Positions 25,581 through 36,914 of a stretch of DNA of 64,000 nt are shown piece after piece. The stretch comes from Peribolospora baueri (lineage: Eukaryota): contig JAMDHS010000067.1 in assembly GCA_029717555.1 (NCBI GenBank), forward strand, positions 1 through 64,000, in the 5' to 3' direction. Below the pieces are notes generated by a model. That model did no database searches. It worked only from the letters and a program-made list of their open reading frames with translations, and was not told where the DNA came from. Every line of letters begins with the position of its first letter. The stretch's first letter is position 1. Position numbers and translations under genes: made by a program.

Positions 25581-27326
25581 TCACTTATACACCTCCGGCA
25601 GCGTCTTCTTCTTCTGCTCCGCAGCCTCCTCCGACGTGGCTAGCACGTAGTCCCACTCACAGAGCCAGAAGGGGGCGTGCTTGAAGCCGAGTTCCTTCGC
25701 GCGAGCCTCGTCCGTGACTTGTTTTAGGTCCACGACCAAACTAGACTTGACGCCGAAAACGGCGTCCGAGTGCAGGAAGTCGTCGCCCTTGATGTACAGC
25801 GCCGTCACAAGGTTTTCGTACCCCGGTGCCTGCGGAGGAGCGTGGAGGGCGAGATGGGCTTGTGTCAGGACACGGCACGCTCGAGCTCGGTCTGGGTTCT
25901 GGGGCTCAGGATCTCCGCGTGCGGGTCTGGATCCTCCACTCCGCACGCGGAACGCTCAGAAGGGACGGACAGAATGACGGGGTCGAAAACACGCGCTGGG
26001 CTACGCACTTCGATCATGATGTGCAAATGCGCCGGTCTGAAAACGTGCCTGTTTAGACGGGCGATGAGCTTGCCCACCGGACCCTGCATGGTTCGGGGTG
26101 TACGTATGAAGTCAGCGGCGCAGGAACCAGAGCCCGTGACCGATTGTGCGGACAAGAGGGTAGGATGAGGTGGGGGCGACGCTCACGTCGTTTGGAATCG
26201 GATAGGGCACGGGACGGACGGCGCGATAGCTGTAATGGCCATCCTTGCCGCTTACAAGTCGGCCGCGGCAGTCGGGTGTGGTACGGTCGCTATATTGAGT
26301 GTCGTAGAGACTGGGACGACGGACGGGCAAGGACAGACATATGAGAGAGTCCGAAGGATACGCTTTCGCTTGGAAACTCACCCATCTGCGTCGGTCTCCC
26401 ACGTTTCGATCTTGGCACCCTCGATCCCTTCTCCCTTAGTGTTAAGGATTCTCCCGATCACATACATGTACTCTCCCTTCCCCTCGCTGGCAATGCTCTC
26501 GCCTAGCGGGATCTCGCCAGCGTCTTCAGTGAAGAAGGGGCCCAGGACGGTAGACTCTGTGGCCCCAGGAGGTACAGGGTGGTTCTGCGCATTGACGAGG
26601 GCAGAGAGGCCAAGTACGTCGGAGAGAAGAATAAACTCCTGTAGTAGTTACAAGCACAGAGGAGGGACACGAAGGGTACCAAGTCAACACCCGAGTTGAT
26701 CGGCTCGTAGGCCATCGTCTCCCTTTCCCTCTTCATCTCTCACAGGCGTTTGCACGACGCGAGACTCACTTGTCGAATCGGGGAGCAGGTCTGGCCAACT
26801 TCGGTCAAAAACTTGATTGACGTCCTGCGGCGCAGGCGGTCGGTTGATAAGCAAAGCAGCATCGAAGAGCAATCTGGGGGGAGAACACAAGGACATGCCT
26901 CGAAAGAGCAGACGTCCACCTCCCCGCCGAGCGACTCACATCCACTCCTCCTCCGTCAAGCTGACTTCTCTCGAAAAGTTATGCAAGTGCTTAACGAGAT
27001 GGGAGATGAGGAAGCGGAGCCGGTCGTCTTTGGTGTTGGAATTATACTTGTGCACGATATCCGTAACCGTTTTCGCGTTTAGGTCGATAGGGTGGTGGGG
27101 GATGTCCTCCTGCGTTGCCGCATGCGCAAGTGGGATGCGGGGAAGCGATGAGAACCATGCCTTGATATCTGCCCACCCCACTGAGAGGAAAAACCTCAGG
27201 CCGCACTCGGGAAATTCCCCGACTGCCAGCTCAGCTAACCTTCCTCGGCTTAACGGCAAGCGTGCCCCAAGTCTTTTGGTCCTCGGCCTCGGCGTCGACG
27301 GATGGAACCTGAGCGGTGGGGGCCAT
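25581..27326 (-). CDS. Intradiol ring-cleavage dioxygenase (hydroxyquinol/catechol 1,2-dioxygenase type)
   Basis: LVKHLHNFSREVSLTEEEW, EFILLSDVLGLS, TESTVLGPF, LYDTQY, PVPYPIPND, RPAHLHIMIE, DAVFGVKSSL; the two Tyr and two His iron ligands are present. Confidence 0.93.
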
Positions 27327-27852
27327 GGTCGCTGATGGGTGCTTTGTTCTGCTGGAAGGAGAGAGGTGAGGGAGGACGATGGTGGAAGTGAAGAAGGGGA
27401 GGACGCCGTGCTTCTCCTTCTCGAGCCCATTCCATTCCTTTCCCCCTCTCCCCCAGCTGTGGAAAACGCGGGGTTGGGCCGAACCCTTCATCCGAGCGAG
27501 CAGCCGAGCAGCCGAGCAGCCGAGCAGCCAAATAGCCAAATAGCCGCGCCTTCCTCGGTCGCGCAAAGATCGAGCTGTGACCTCCTTCAGCTTGCAGCCT
27601 CGTAACTCAGGGCCCACGAGGCGGGTAAGAGTCGTTTAGGGGGACAGATGGGGCCCCACGTAAGCGAGAGTTCATTGCAAAGTGCGTAAGGACATTCCAG
27701 TGATGCATTCTCCTCCGCTTCAGGGGACGAAGCCAAATCCAGTCCGACCCAAAGGGCATTCCGACTCCAGCCCACTCCTTGTCAGTCCTCCAGACGTCGA
27801 CGGGCGAGATGGGACAAAAAAAGAGTACATGGGGACGAGGAGGACCGGGGCT

Positions 27853-29070
27853 TTAGTACCACTCTCCCTCTTTGCCGAACTTGCCGAACTTGTCGAACTT
27901 GTCGAACTTGTCGAACTTGACGACCTTCTCAGTCGGGATCTTTTCGAACACCTTCTTGTGGGTAACGAAAACCTTCGGCTCGCTGATGACTTTGGGCTCC
28001 GTCGTCAAGTGAGGATCTGGGACGATATGGGCGACTTTCTTGTTCTTAACGTAGGGCTCTTTGTACGGAATAACCTTCTTGCCCTCCTTCACCTTGGGAA
28101 TGGGCACCTGGTGGACATATCAGGTGAGCCACTAGCGACGCCTTGCAACCACTCCGTCTACGCCTGTATTCACCTTGTGGAACACCTCCTTGTGCTCAAC
28201 GTAAGGCTTGGTGACCGGTATGAGCTTCATTTTCTCCTCTACCGTCGGATTAGGGACGACCCGATGGATCGTCTTGTGCTGATAGTTGCGCCAAATCGTA
28301 CAGAACGAGGACATAAGTTAATCAAAGTTGCGCAAAAGAACGTAAATGTGGTCCAGACAGAATGAACTCTCTACCTCGATGTACTGCTTGGGTACTTTGA
28401 TGACCTTCGCTACCATCTTGGTCTGCGTTTTCCCGCAACGGAGGCGCAATGGTCTCAAAAGTGAGTAACCGACGGCCCACGTAGCTGTCCCTGCGTACGG
28501 AATGAACGGAACAACCAGTCGTCCAACCGTTCCGCTTACTCACCTTGGCAACCGGGATCGTCTGCTCTTCAATATCCTTACCTATCTTCACCTTGGGATA
28601 CGATACCGGCTTGAGCACTGTCTTCTCCTTAGCCACGGGCACCGTCTCCTTCATGATCTTGTGCTCGGTATAGGCATGGAAGGTGGGCACCTCCTTGAAC
28701 TTAATCTTCTCCTTCTCGACTGGCACCTCCTCAAAGACGGCCTTCTTGCCTTCTTTCACTTTAGGAACCCCGATGACCTTAGGGAAGCTCTTGACGTGCT
28801 GGAGAGACGGCCGCCGGTCGAAGAGACACAGACGAAGCAGTGAGCGACTTGCCCGAATCTCCCGACGCACGCTTCAGCCTCACCAACACTCACCGGCACC
28901 GGGATTTCCTCGTGGTGGACCTTGTACCCGTGGACTACCTTGAACTTGGGAGGACACTCCACGCCGCCGCGCTCGCAGAGTCCTCCGCGAGCCTGGATCG
29001 AAGCGGCGGAGGCGCCGAAGGAGCCTAGTGAATTGATGGCAAGGGTGATAAGAATGGGAACGGCCCTCAT
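27853..29070 (-). CDS. Secreted K/V/P/E-rich repetitive protein (279 aa, 5 exons)
   Basis: Signal-peptide-like MRAVPILITLAINSLGSFGASA. Exons 29070-28894, 28798-28544, 28422-28375, 28278-28174 and 28107-27853 are all multiples of 3. Repeats PKVKEGKK x2, Y(T/V)EHK, C-terminal KFD/KFG run. Confidence 0.85.
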
Positions 29071-29930
29071 GATGACGATACGGAAAGATTGAAAAGAAAA
29101 AAAATGGATTCGGTCGAGGTAAGAAACGTGGGGCGGAGAGGGAAAGCAAACGAGGGAAAAGCAGGACAGCAGTAGGCGGTAAAGGGAGAGGCCAGGGTCC
29201 GGTCTGCTTTATGTGTTTGGCCAACGCGAGCGAACTGGCTTCGTACACCTACAGCGGACGACCCTCAGCGGCAAGCGTTCTTCGGTTTCAGTCGATAATT
29301 GCGTGTTGAACTGTGGGAGAAAGAGAAGATAAAGAGCATGTGTCTAAGACATTCTGGGGTTGAAGAGGGAAAGGGGGTGCGAGCGAGGGCTGTCCGAACG
29401 CGTTAGAGATGTGAATTGCTGCGTCCAAAGGCAACACCGAGCTGAGGAGAGTCAGCAGCCGCACCGACCAGACGTCTATCCGACAACACGCAGTGGGAGT
29501 TGTCATCGCCTGAGCCAGAAGCGCCGAGTCGTCGTGCTCGGCAACACCAGACGGCACGATGTGTCTCATCAGGGCCGTCAAAAAGTGCTGCAAGGAAATG
29601 AAGGGAACACCAAGTGAGCGAGCGACGTTGCTTGCCCAGTCTCTCTCCAGCAGCTGTCCCCGCGTCTTTCATCGCCGTCGTTGTCGCCGGCCAAGCCAAG
29701 AGAAACAGGACAGACGGTCGTGCAATCGATAGCGGCACTGTGCGTGTTCGCCAGCGACGCTCGCGCGCGCTCTACTCGACGCCGTCGGCTTCTCGCGGAT
29801 TTAGAAGGAATTTTTTTTCCTTCGCGAAAACGTTTCTTCTTCTTTCCCCCCGTCTCACCACGACCACCCCTTCCGCATTCATACCCCCTCCTCTCCCTTC
29901 CTCGTCTCCAAACTTACGACAGAGCACACC

Positions 29931-32171
29931 ATGGCTCCTGTTGGAAAGATCTACTTCACGAGCAAGCAGCACTTTAACACCGCCCCGGTGAGTATACTCC
30001 TTGGGTTCCATCCGTACCTTGAGCCGAGACTGCCACGTAGCCACCAAGGGCGACGGTAAACACTCTCAGTCGAAGGGGCAGGCATCCATTCCTACCCTTT
30101 GTCTTGTCGGACGGGACAAAGAGCCGATGACTGACCTTGATGATGCCACCTCGTCTCCCCCCTCGTAGGCGTTCGCCGTGGCCAAGTACAATGGCCTCGA
30201 GCTCGAGGAGCAGGTCATTAGCCTTGAGAAGAGGGAACACAAGGTGAGTTTTCCGCTTATACCTCCTCATTCAGAGCAAGTAAATTGGGCCGATGCCTTT
30301 TCTCATCTTCCCATTTGCTTCTTTTCTTCGCCTTCATAGAGCGAGGCCTTCCTCGCCAAGTTCCCTTTCGTAAGTGCATGCGCCTCTCTCTTGCGGATCG
30401 CCTCTACTGGATTAACTCGTGCGTGGACAAAATTGAACGCTTCTAATTTGTTCGCGTTCTCTCATTCTCAGGGCAGGATCCCTGCTTTTGAGGGCCCCGA
30501 CGGCTTCACTCTTACAGAGGGCATCGCTATCGCTCGCTACCGTAAGTGGAAAAACTATCTGTCGAGCCCTTCGTCTTTGAGCCTGCATCACGAGGACCGG
30601 TTCTCTTCGCCGTCTCCGTGTGCGCTTTCTATGATGAGATATATTCTTTCAGTTATCCCTGGCTTAATCTGCCATGTCGAGATTTCATTCCTAGTCTCTG
30701 ATCTCACCTTCCACCTTCATCGACTGAGCACCAACTTCTGTCCGTTTCCGCTGATTCATACGGTTATTTTTTGTTGACTCGCTCGTAGTCGCCAGCTTGA
30801 ACCAGCAGAACGCGGCCAAGCTCCTCGGCGCTGACCCGAAGACCAGTGCCAAGATCGAGCAGTGGATCAGCTTCGCCCACGATGAGATCGCCGGCCGCTT
30901 GGTCCGTCTCTTTCACATGCTCGTTGCCCACAACGAGCCCTACAACAAGGCGCTTGAGCAGTCTTTGGTCTCCGGGCTCGAGGAGGCGCTCTCCGTGCTC
31001 GACGCCCACCTGAAGAAGAACACTTTCCTCGTTGGCCACCGTATCACTCTTGCTGACCTCATCACTGCCGGCACCCTCTACATGGGCTTCGTCAAAATCC
31101 TTGGCAAGGAGCAGCGCGCGAAGGTCCCGAACGTTGTCCGCTTCTTCGAGACCGTCGTCAACCAGCCTACCGTTCTCGACGTCTGGGGCAAGTTCAACTA
31201 CAACGAGGAATTCCTCAAGTATGTCGGTGAGTGCCAGCCGCTTCTCCTCTGCTTATTCCGTGCCTTGTGTGCGTATTCTAAACGTCGCACGCGTCGGACC
31301 TCCCTTGCTTCGCCTTGTTGCACCTGGCCTGTCTTCATTGATTACTTTGCTGCAGCCCCCAAGAAGGAGGAGAAGGCCAAGGCTCCCAAGCAGGCTGAGC
31401 CCAAGCCGAAGAAGGAGGTTCAGAGGGAGGATGTGGAGGACGAGCCCGCCGTTCCCGCTGAGCCCAAGGCTAAGAACCCGCTCGACTCGCTGCCCAAGTC
31501 CCCGCTGGTCCTCGACGAGTGGAAGCGCGTTTACTCCAACAAGGACACCCGCTCCGAGGCTCTGCCTTGGCTCTGGGAGCACTGGGATGCCGGTAAGTAG
31601 AGGTGGAACCTTTTTTTCTAGAATGTTTGGTGATTGCGAAACCCGAGTGGGGACACCTTACCAACCGGATTACTCCTTCCATCCATTCTCTCTCCGATGA
31701 GCAGAAGGCTACTCCTTCTGGCGCGTCGACTTCAAGTACAACGAGGAGCTCACGCAGGTGTTCATGAGCGCGAACCAGGTCGGAGGCTTCTTCAACCGCC
31801 TCGAGGCCTCTCGCAAGTACATCATGGGCACCATGGGTGTCTTCGGCGAGGCCAACAACTCGGTCATCTCTGGCGCTTTCATCTGCCGCGGAAAGGACTG
31901 GAAGCCCGTTTTCGAGGTCGCTCCCGACTACGAGAGCTACGACATCACCCCTCTCGATGAGAAGAAGGCCGAGGACAAGAAGTTCATCGAGGATGTCTTC
32001 GCGTGGGAGGCTGTCATCGACGGCAAGAGCTGGGGTGAGCTTTTTACCTTGACGTACGATGCGAGCCATCGAAATGGGCTGCTCCGTCTGTGTACTCATT
32101 GTCACATCCGTCCTTCTTTCGCGGTCGTTCCTTCCACGCTCCTTCCAGCTGACGGTAAGATCATGAAGTAA
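29931..32171 (+). CDS. TEF4: Translation elongation factor eEF1B-gamma (GST-like N-terminus plus EF1G domain)
   Basis: GRIPAFEGPDGFTLTEGIAIARY, TFLVGHRITLAD, LDEWKRVYSNKDTR, FMSANQVGGFFNRLEASRKY, APDYESY; many short introns. Confidence 0.95.
30631..30701 (+). ncRNA. snR38: Intronic box C/D snoRNA, snR38 homolog (guides LSU rRNA Gm at the yeast G2815-equivalent site)
   Basis: Box C ATGATGA (30631), guide CAGTTATCCCTG (30650-30661) antisense to LSU CAGGGAUAACUG, D'-like CTTA (30663), C'-like ATGTCGA, box D CTGA (30698). It sits in an eEF1B-gamma intron, as yeast snR38 does in TEF4. Confidence 0.9.
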
Positions 32172-32399
32172 ACGTCCTGCGAGCGCTTCGTCTTCTTCGC
32201 CTGTACCCTTCTCTTTCATACTTGTGTACCTCCATTTTCCCCGCATCGGTCCTGTTCAATTGAGTAGAGTGGGTAAACTTGCTGGTAGAAAGGACCTCTT
32301 CGGACGCACGCGACCAGGCGGTTGGCCCGGGAGCGCCAACCTGAGAGAGGAGTGGCGTCTTCCCCCAGGCAGTCAGTGGCTCAGTGCGAAAGGTTGAAA

Positions 32400-32760
32400 A
32401 AGTTCGCTTCTCTAGTGAACGTAAAAAAAAAAATGAAAATGAAAATGAAAATTTGGAAAGGGAACTCTAGCACCCTTGTCCTTTGCCTCTTTTCACAACC
32501 TGAGCAAGGAGGAAAGAAGCTAGCAACTCCAGCAGCCCATTCCAGTCCAGTCTCCCCCTCCTCATACACCTCCTTGACACCTCCATGCTGGAAATGGGGA
32601 AACCAAGGCTCAGCCAGGCATGGAAAAGAAAAAAAATACCAAGCCTCAGGCACGGAATGTCAAAAACTGGGGAGAAGTGATGGCAAATTAGCTGCACAGG
32701 TATGAAAAAGTAGACAGGTGTGAGAGGGTTGGGAGATGACAGACAACAAAGCTATATCGA
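32400..32760. other. AT-rich, CpG-depleted non-coding segment (repeat or rDNA-spacer-like relic)
   Basis: Very few CG dinucleotides against a CpG-rich background; (GAAAAT)n and AGGGAACT motifs resemble 62380-62505. Confidence 0.45.
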
Positions 32761-32765
32761 AAGAA

Positions 32766-33220
32766 GTCTCGCTCGATCACGCGGATGACCTCGCGCGCCT
32801 GGAGGGCTCGGACCGGGTCACCGAGCCAGGTGTTGTAGCTGTGCGAGAAGGAGAGGCGGGTGTAAGTATGCTCGGGGCGAGACGACGGACAGGTTGGCAC
32901 TCGTCGATCCGCTCACTTTCGGTATGGCAGCCTGTCTCGATGTTGTGGTAGAAGCCGGCGGCCTGCATCTTCTTGGAAAAGGTGACGAAATCGGGAGGCG
33001 TCTAAAAGCCGGAAAGAGACGGTGGGGTCAGCCTTTGAAGGCGGCGGGGAAAGAAAAGGAAATGCGCACCTCCAAGTTCCACTTCTCGTGCGCCCAGAAC
33101 CTGCCGGTACCTCCGACGCAGGTCTGGGCCTCGTCGACGATCATGAACACGCCGTGCTTCTCGGTGATCTTGCGAAGACCTTGGAAGAAGTGGGAAGAGG
33201 CGTAGTTATCACCGCCTTCG
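32766..33220 (-). pseudogene. 4-aminobutyrate aminotransferase (GABA-T/UGA1-like) fragment, distal part
   Basis: [64 protein letters not shown] (PLP lysine), YNTWLGDPVRALQAREVI. Introns retained; DEVQTG mutated; frameshift before LPYR; both ends truncated. Confidence 0.9.
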
Positions 33221-34239
33221 CGCTGCTTTATCCTGCCTCCCTGTTGAAGACCATATTCTAGTTGACAATGTTACTCCAACCAAGGGAGCAATGCGGCGGA
33301 GTCGTCCGCGACGATCGCACGGGTGCGAGCGGGGGAGGGAGGAATGGGCGTCGGGAGATGGGGCGTGGAGGTCGAGTCGGAGTGAAGCAAGCGAGACTTT
33401 CGCTGGGGGCGTGGACCGGTTTAAAGAGGGGAGGAGGGCTCTGGAGGCAAATTTACTGACGGGTTAGAGAGCCTTCGGTGATAGATGGCTTCTCAGCGAG
33501 GACAGAGTCGGTCTCAGTCCCTCTGAACTTTCGCCCAGTCCTCACCTCTTCCCTCACCCGGCTTTCTTACTTCTCCGCGGCGTCGTCGGCGGCACCTCTG
33601 CTCAACGCACACCCGCCCTGCTCTCTCGCACGCTTCCCCTGCTCCTTTTCCGCTCCGCACCCTCCACGCCCTCACTCGGCCCTCCTACCAGCAGCAACTA
33701 CCTCCTTCCGCTCCATGCGTGGTCTTTGGGTCGGTACGACCGGTCGAGACTCGACTTCGCTGTCGAGAACTTGGAAGCTGCCGTCTTCATCATAATCATC
33801 ACTGTACAAACGGCTGACGGTACTCCGCTTTGCCGCTCGGCGTCGGCCTCCGAGGTACTCACGACCGCTGATCACATCGCCTCCCTCCGTCGCCTTTCCT
33901 CCCAGACTAGCTCACCACCTTTGCCGCCGATCGCCCGTCTAGAGAGGCAGGACAGGCTCCCGGGAGGCGGCGGGCAAGGCCAAGAAGATGCTGAAGAGGA
34001 TGTGGGGACGCGACAGAGGGGAGAAGAGGAGGGTCAAAGCGAAGAGGGAAGAGTCGGCGAGTTTGCTTAGGGACGGGGGATGGCGACACAAGATCGCAGG
34101 ATGAGGATTTCAGGCGCACCAGCTCGGATGGCGTCCTCGAACGCATCATATATTGCATGCTCACAGGTATCCATGCGACGAGCCAATTATGTTATCTGCG
34201 CTCCGAGGCCGACCTCCTTTCCGCCCTGTTGCGCTCACC

Positions 34240-36298
34240 TCACGTCCTAGGATGCAAAAGACTGCTCTCCGTGGTCGTCCTCCTCTCCTCCTTCCCTTTG
34301 GTCTTCCTCCACTGCCAAAGCCCGATGGCGTTCCGTTCCCTCTTGAACAAGCTCCGGTTCCCGAATCGGAGGAACACGAGCCCAGCTCGCGAGGCATCCA
34401 TGTTCTCTTTCACCACCTTGAGACCCTTGAGACGCCAGACTGCTTCGAAGAGTGCCGAGACGCTCTGGCGCAGCGCGGCGCGCGCGTCAGCCGCCGCGGC
34501 CCCTCCCTCGCCGCCCATAATTGCCACGCCATCGTCATTCTCATTTTCTGCGTGTGCAGCCCTGGCCGCCTCCAGGTCCCCGGAGAGGTAGGCGCCGGCG
34601 TGATCGTAATCCACGACGGCATCGAGGAACGCGAGGATGTCCTCGGCATGTTTTCTCCAGGCGGCCTCTCCCGCCCTGAATGCGTCCCGCAACGTCGTCG
34701 CGTCCCAGCCCAACAGCGGACACCCGTTCTTCACCGGAATAACTATGCCCGGCACGCCGTCCGCAAGGAGCACCTTGAACTTTCCTTCGTTCGGACGCCG
34801 GCTGTGTGCCCACATCGTACCACGGCAGGGCGCGATCGAGATCAGGCCGACGTACATGCGCGTGTAGTCCACGTCTTGTTCCGGGTTTGGAGGACACAAT
34901 GGCAGGAGCCTCGGCGTGGAGGCTAGCACGGTGTGACTGTAGCGAGGAGGAAGACGGCGGTGAGTTTTTGTTTGCACATGTTCGAGGCGCGTGCCGAGGG
35001 GACGGAATCGGGAAACGGTACTCACGCGAACAGGTAGTCACCGACGATGAACGGCCCATAGCAGATGACGATGTTGGGGTTCTCATATCGCGGAATGGCT
35101 GGAAGACGGCTGGTGCACATGAGGTAAGGGTTGAACCAGCCCTTGGAATAGTCGAGATAGTCCTTGACCGAGCCAAAGACGGAGCTGATAGTGATGGGTT
35201 TACCTTTTGCTGCTTCCAGCTTTGCCGGCGGGACTGGGAACGGAGCGGAGCGTCGAGGAGGAACAGCAGACGGTCCGGTTCAGCTAATGGCCACCGTCAC
35301 GAGCGACGATGTGACGCGTGCGACGACGCACCGAAGAAAGCCAACTGGGCCGACTTGTTGTAGATCTTGTACATGAGCTGCGAAAGGAAAAGGGTGGAGC
35401 AAGTGTCAAAAATATTGGAGTCCAGGTCACACGAAGGTGGAAGAGATCGAAGGCGAATGCAGACAGAGCTTCCTAGGTCCAGGAGACGGCTACGCACGGT
35501 GACCTCAAAGCTCAGAACGTCCTTGGTATCCAACTCGAGCGTCTTGACGTCCTTGTGCATCAACACCTCGCTCATGTACTCCATCAAGCGCTCGCTCACG
35601 TAGTCGTTCGTCACCGAGCTGATCGCGTGGCCCACGACCGTCGAGGCGACGAGATAGGCCGCGGGGACACTGTACAGAGAGTCGCCGACGACGCCGTGCA
35701 CCACGCCAAAGAGGCCACCTGTCGCCGCCGTCACGCCCATGAAGGCTGTGGGAGGAAGCGGAGCAGACGGCGGTTAGTGGGGACGTGGTCTTGCACGCAT
35801 TAGCCAGCATGTCGTCCGCTTACCCACGTCGCGAACACGGATGCACGGTAGGACGACAGGCTGTGGACGATCGGATCGGCCAGGTAGAGCGGCAAGGGAG
35901 AAGGGGAGGAAGGAAATGAGCGACGTTGAGGTGAGACGATAGATGAAATCAGGTGCCATCATCCCTTTCACCGACCATACGATCCGAGGACGAGCCAAGC
36001 CAAGGCCGGAAAACGACTCGGCTCCACCGGCTTGACCGCACGGGCCATCCAACCGCCGGCTCGGCGGACTCACATTGTGATCCCCCCAAGGACTGACCAC
36101 AGCCACCACCTTGACGCTCCCCTGAACCGTCTTTATCGTGCTCTCCGCGATCCTGCCCACGAGCGAATTGCCCAAGTGCCGGAGGATGACGTTGGCCGAC
36201 TGTTCTTGTTCGTCGTCTACGACGGCGAGGAGGAGATCGGTGTTGTACGAGGGCGCCGCGCTGCCCGGCGCGGGCGCAGGCGGAGTGGGGGAGGTCAT
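34240..36298 (-). CDS. Multi-exon fungal hypothetical protein (may extend via further exons to ~33570)
   Basis: Spliceable exons: MTSPTPPAP..., GVTAATGGLFG..., KGWFNPYLMCTSRLPAIPR...GPFIVGDY, WAHSRRPNEGKFKVLLADGVPGIVIPV...DASRAGLVFLRF; coding-like codon usage. Confidence 0.7.
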
Positions 36299-36858
36299 AT
36301 CCGGATCGGGGCGATGGAGAGAGTGGGATGTGTGGTGCGGTGGTACGGCGGTGGGACGGACGAGGACGTCCTTCGAGAGGATATCCGGTAGCGACAGAGC
36401 ACGAAGGGACGAAGGAGAACGAACGGGCAGGTGAAAGGTGGGGTGACGACACGGGTTGGAGAGCCAGTCCCAACGAATAGAGAGCAACGAGAAGACGAAG
36501 CGGGTATCAAATAGATGTGAAGCGATGACCGACGGAAGCGGGCTCTATCGTGCAGAGAGAGAGGAGGAGAGAGAGATGGACGCACAGGACATGGCGGTGT
36601 TCCACTCTCCCAAGAGCCGCAGTCTCGGGCTCCCCTCCCCTCCATACCGCCCTGTGTATCGAAGCTCACTTGCCTCCCCTGCGAGGCATCTATCTCTTTT
36701 CGAATCCTCTCGTCTTCCATCTCACTAAGATATCCGCCTCCGAAAGGAACAAGGAACTGACGCATGTATGTGCACGTTGCGACGGACCGACCGGTGATCG
36801 GCCGCGCGTAATAGCGGATTCCCCACCCGAAATTTGTTGTACCCGCCCCGATCAGACG

Positions 36859-36914
36859 AATTTCCACCCTCCAGTTCAATAATTCCCACCCTCCAGTTCC
36901 GTAATCCCCGCCTC
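36859..36914 (+). repeat. 22-bp-period tandem repeat (AATTYCCACCCTCCAGTTC) at the truncation point of the Ulp1-like ORF
   Basis: Units start at 36859, 36881 and (partial) 36903. Confidence 0.8.

Noticed and set aside
32455..32480. GGGTGCTAGAGTT (minus strand) as a second 5S 3' end
   Set aside because: The match is short with mismatches and the upstream sequence is not 5S-like.
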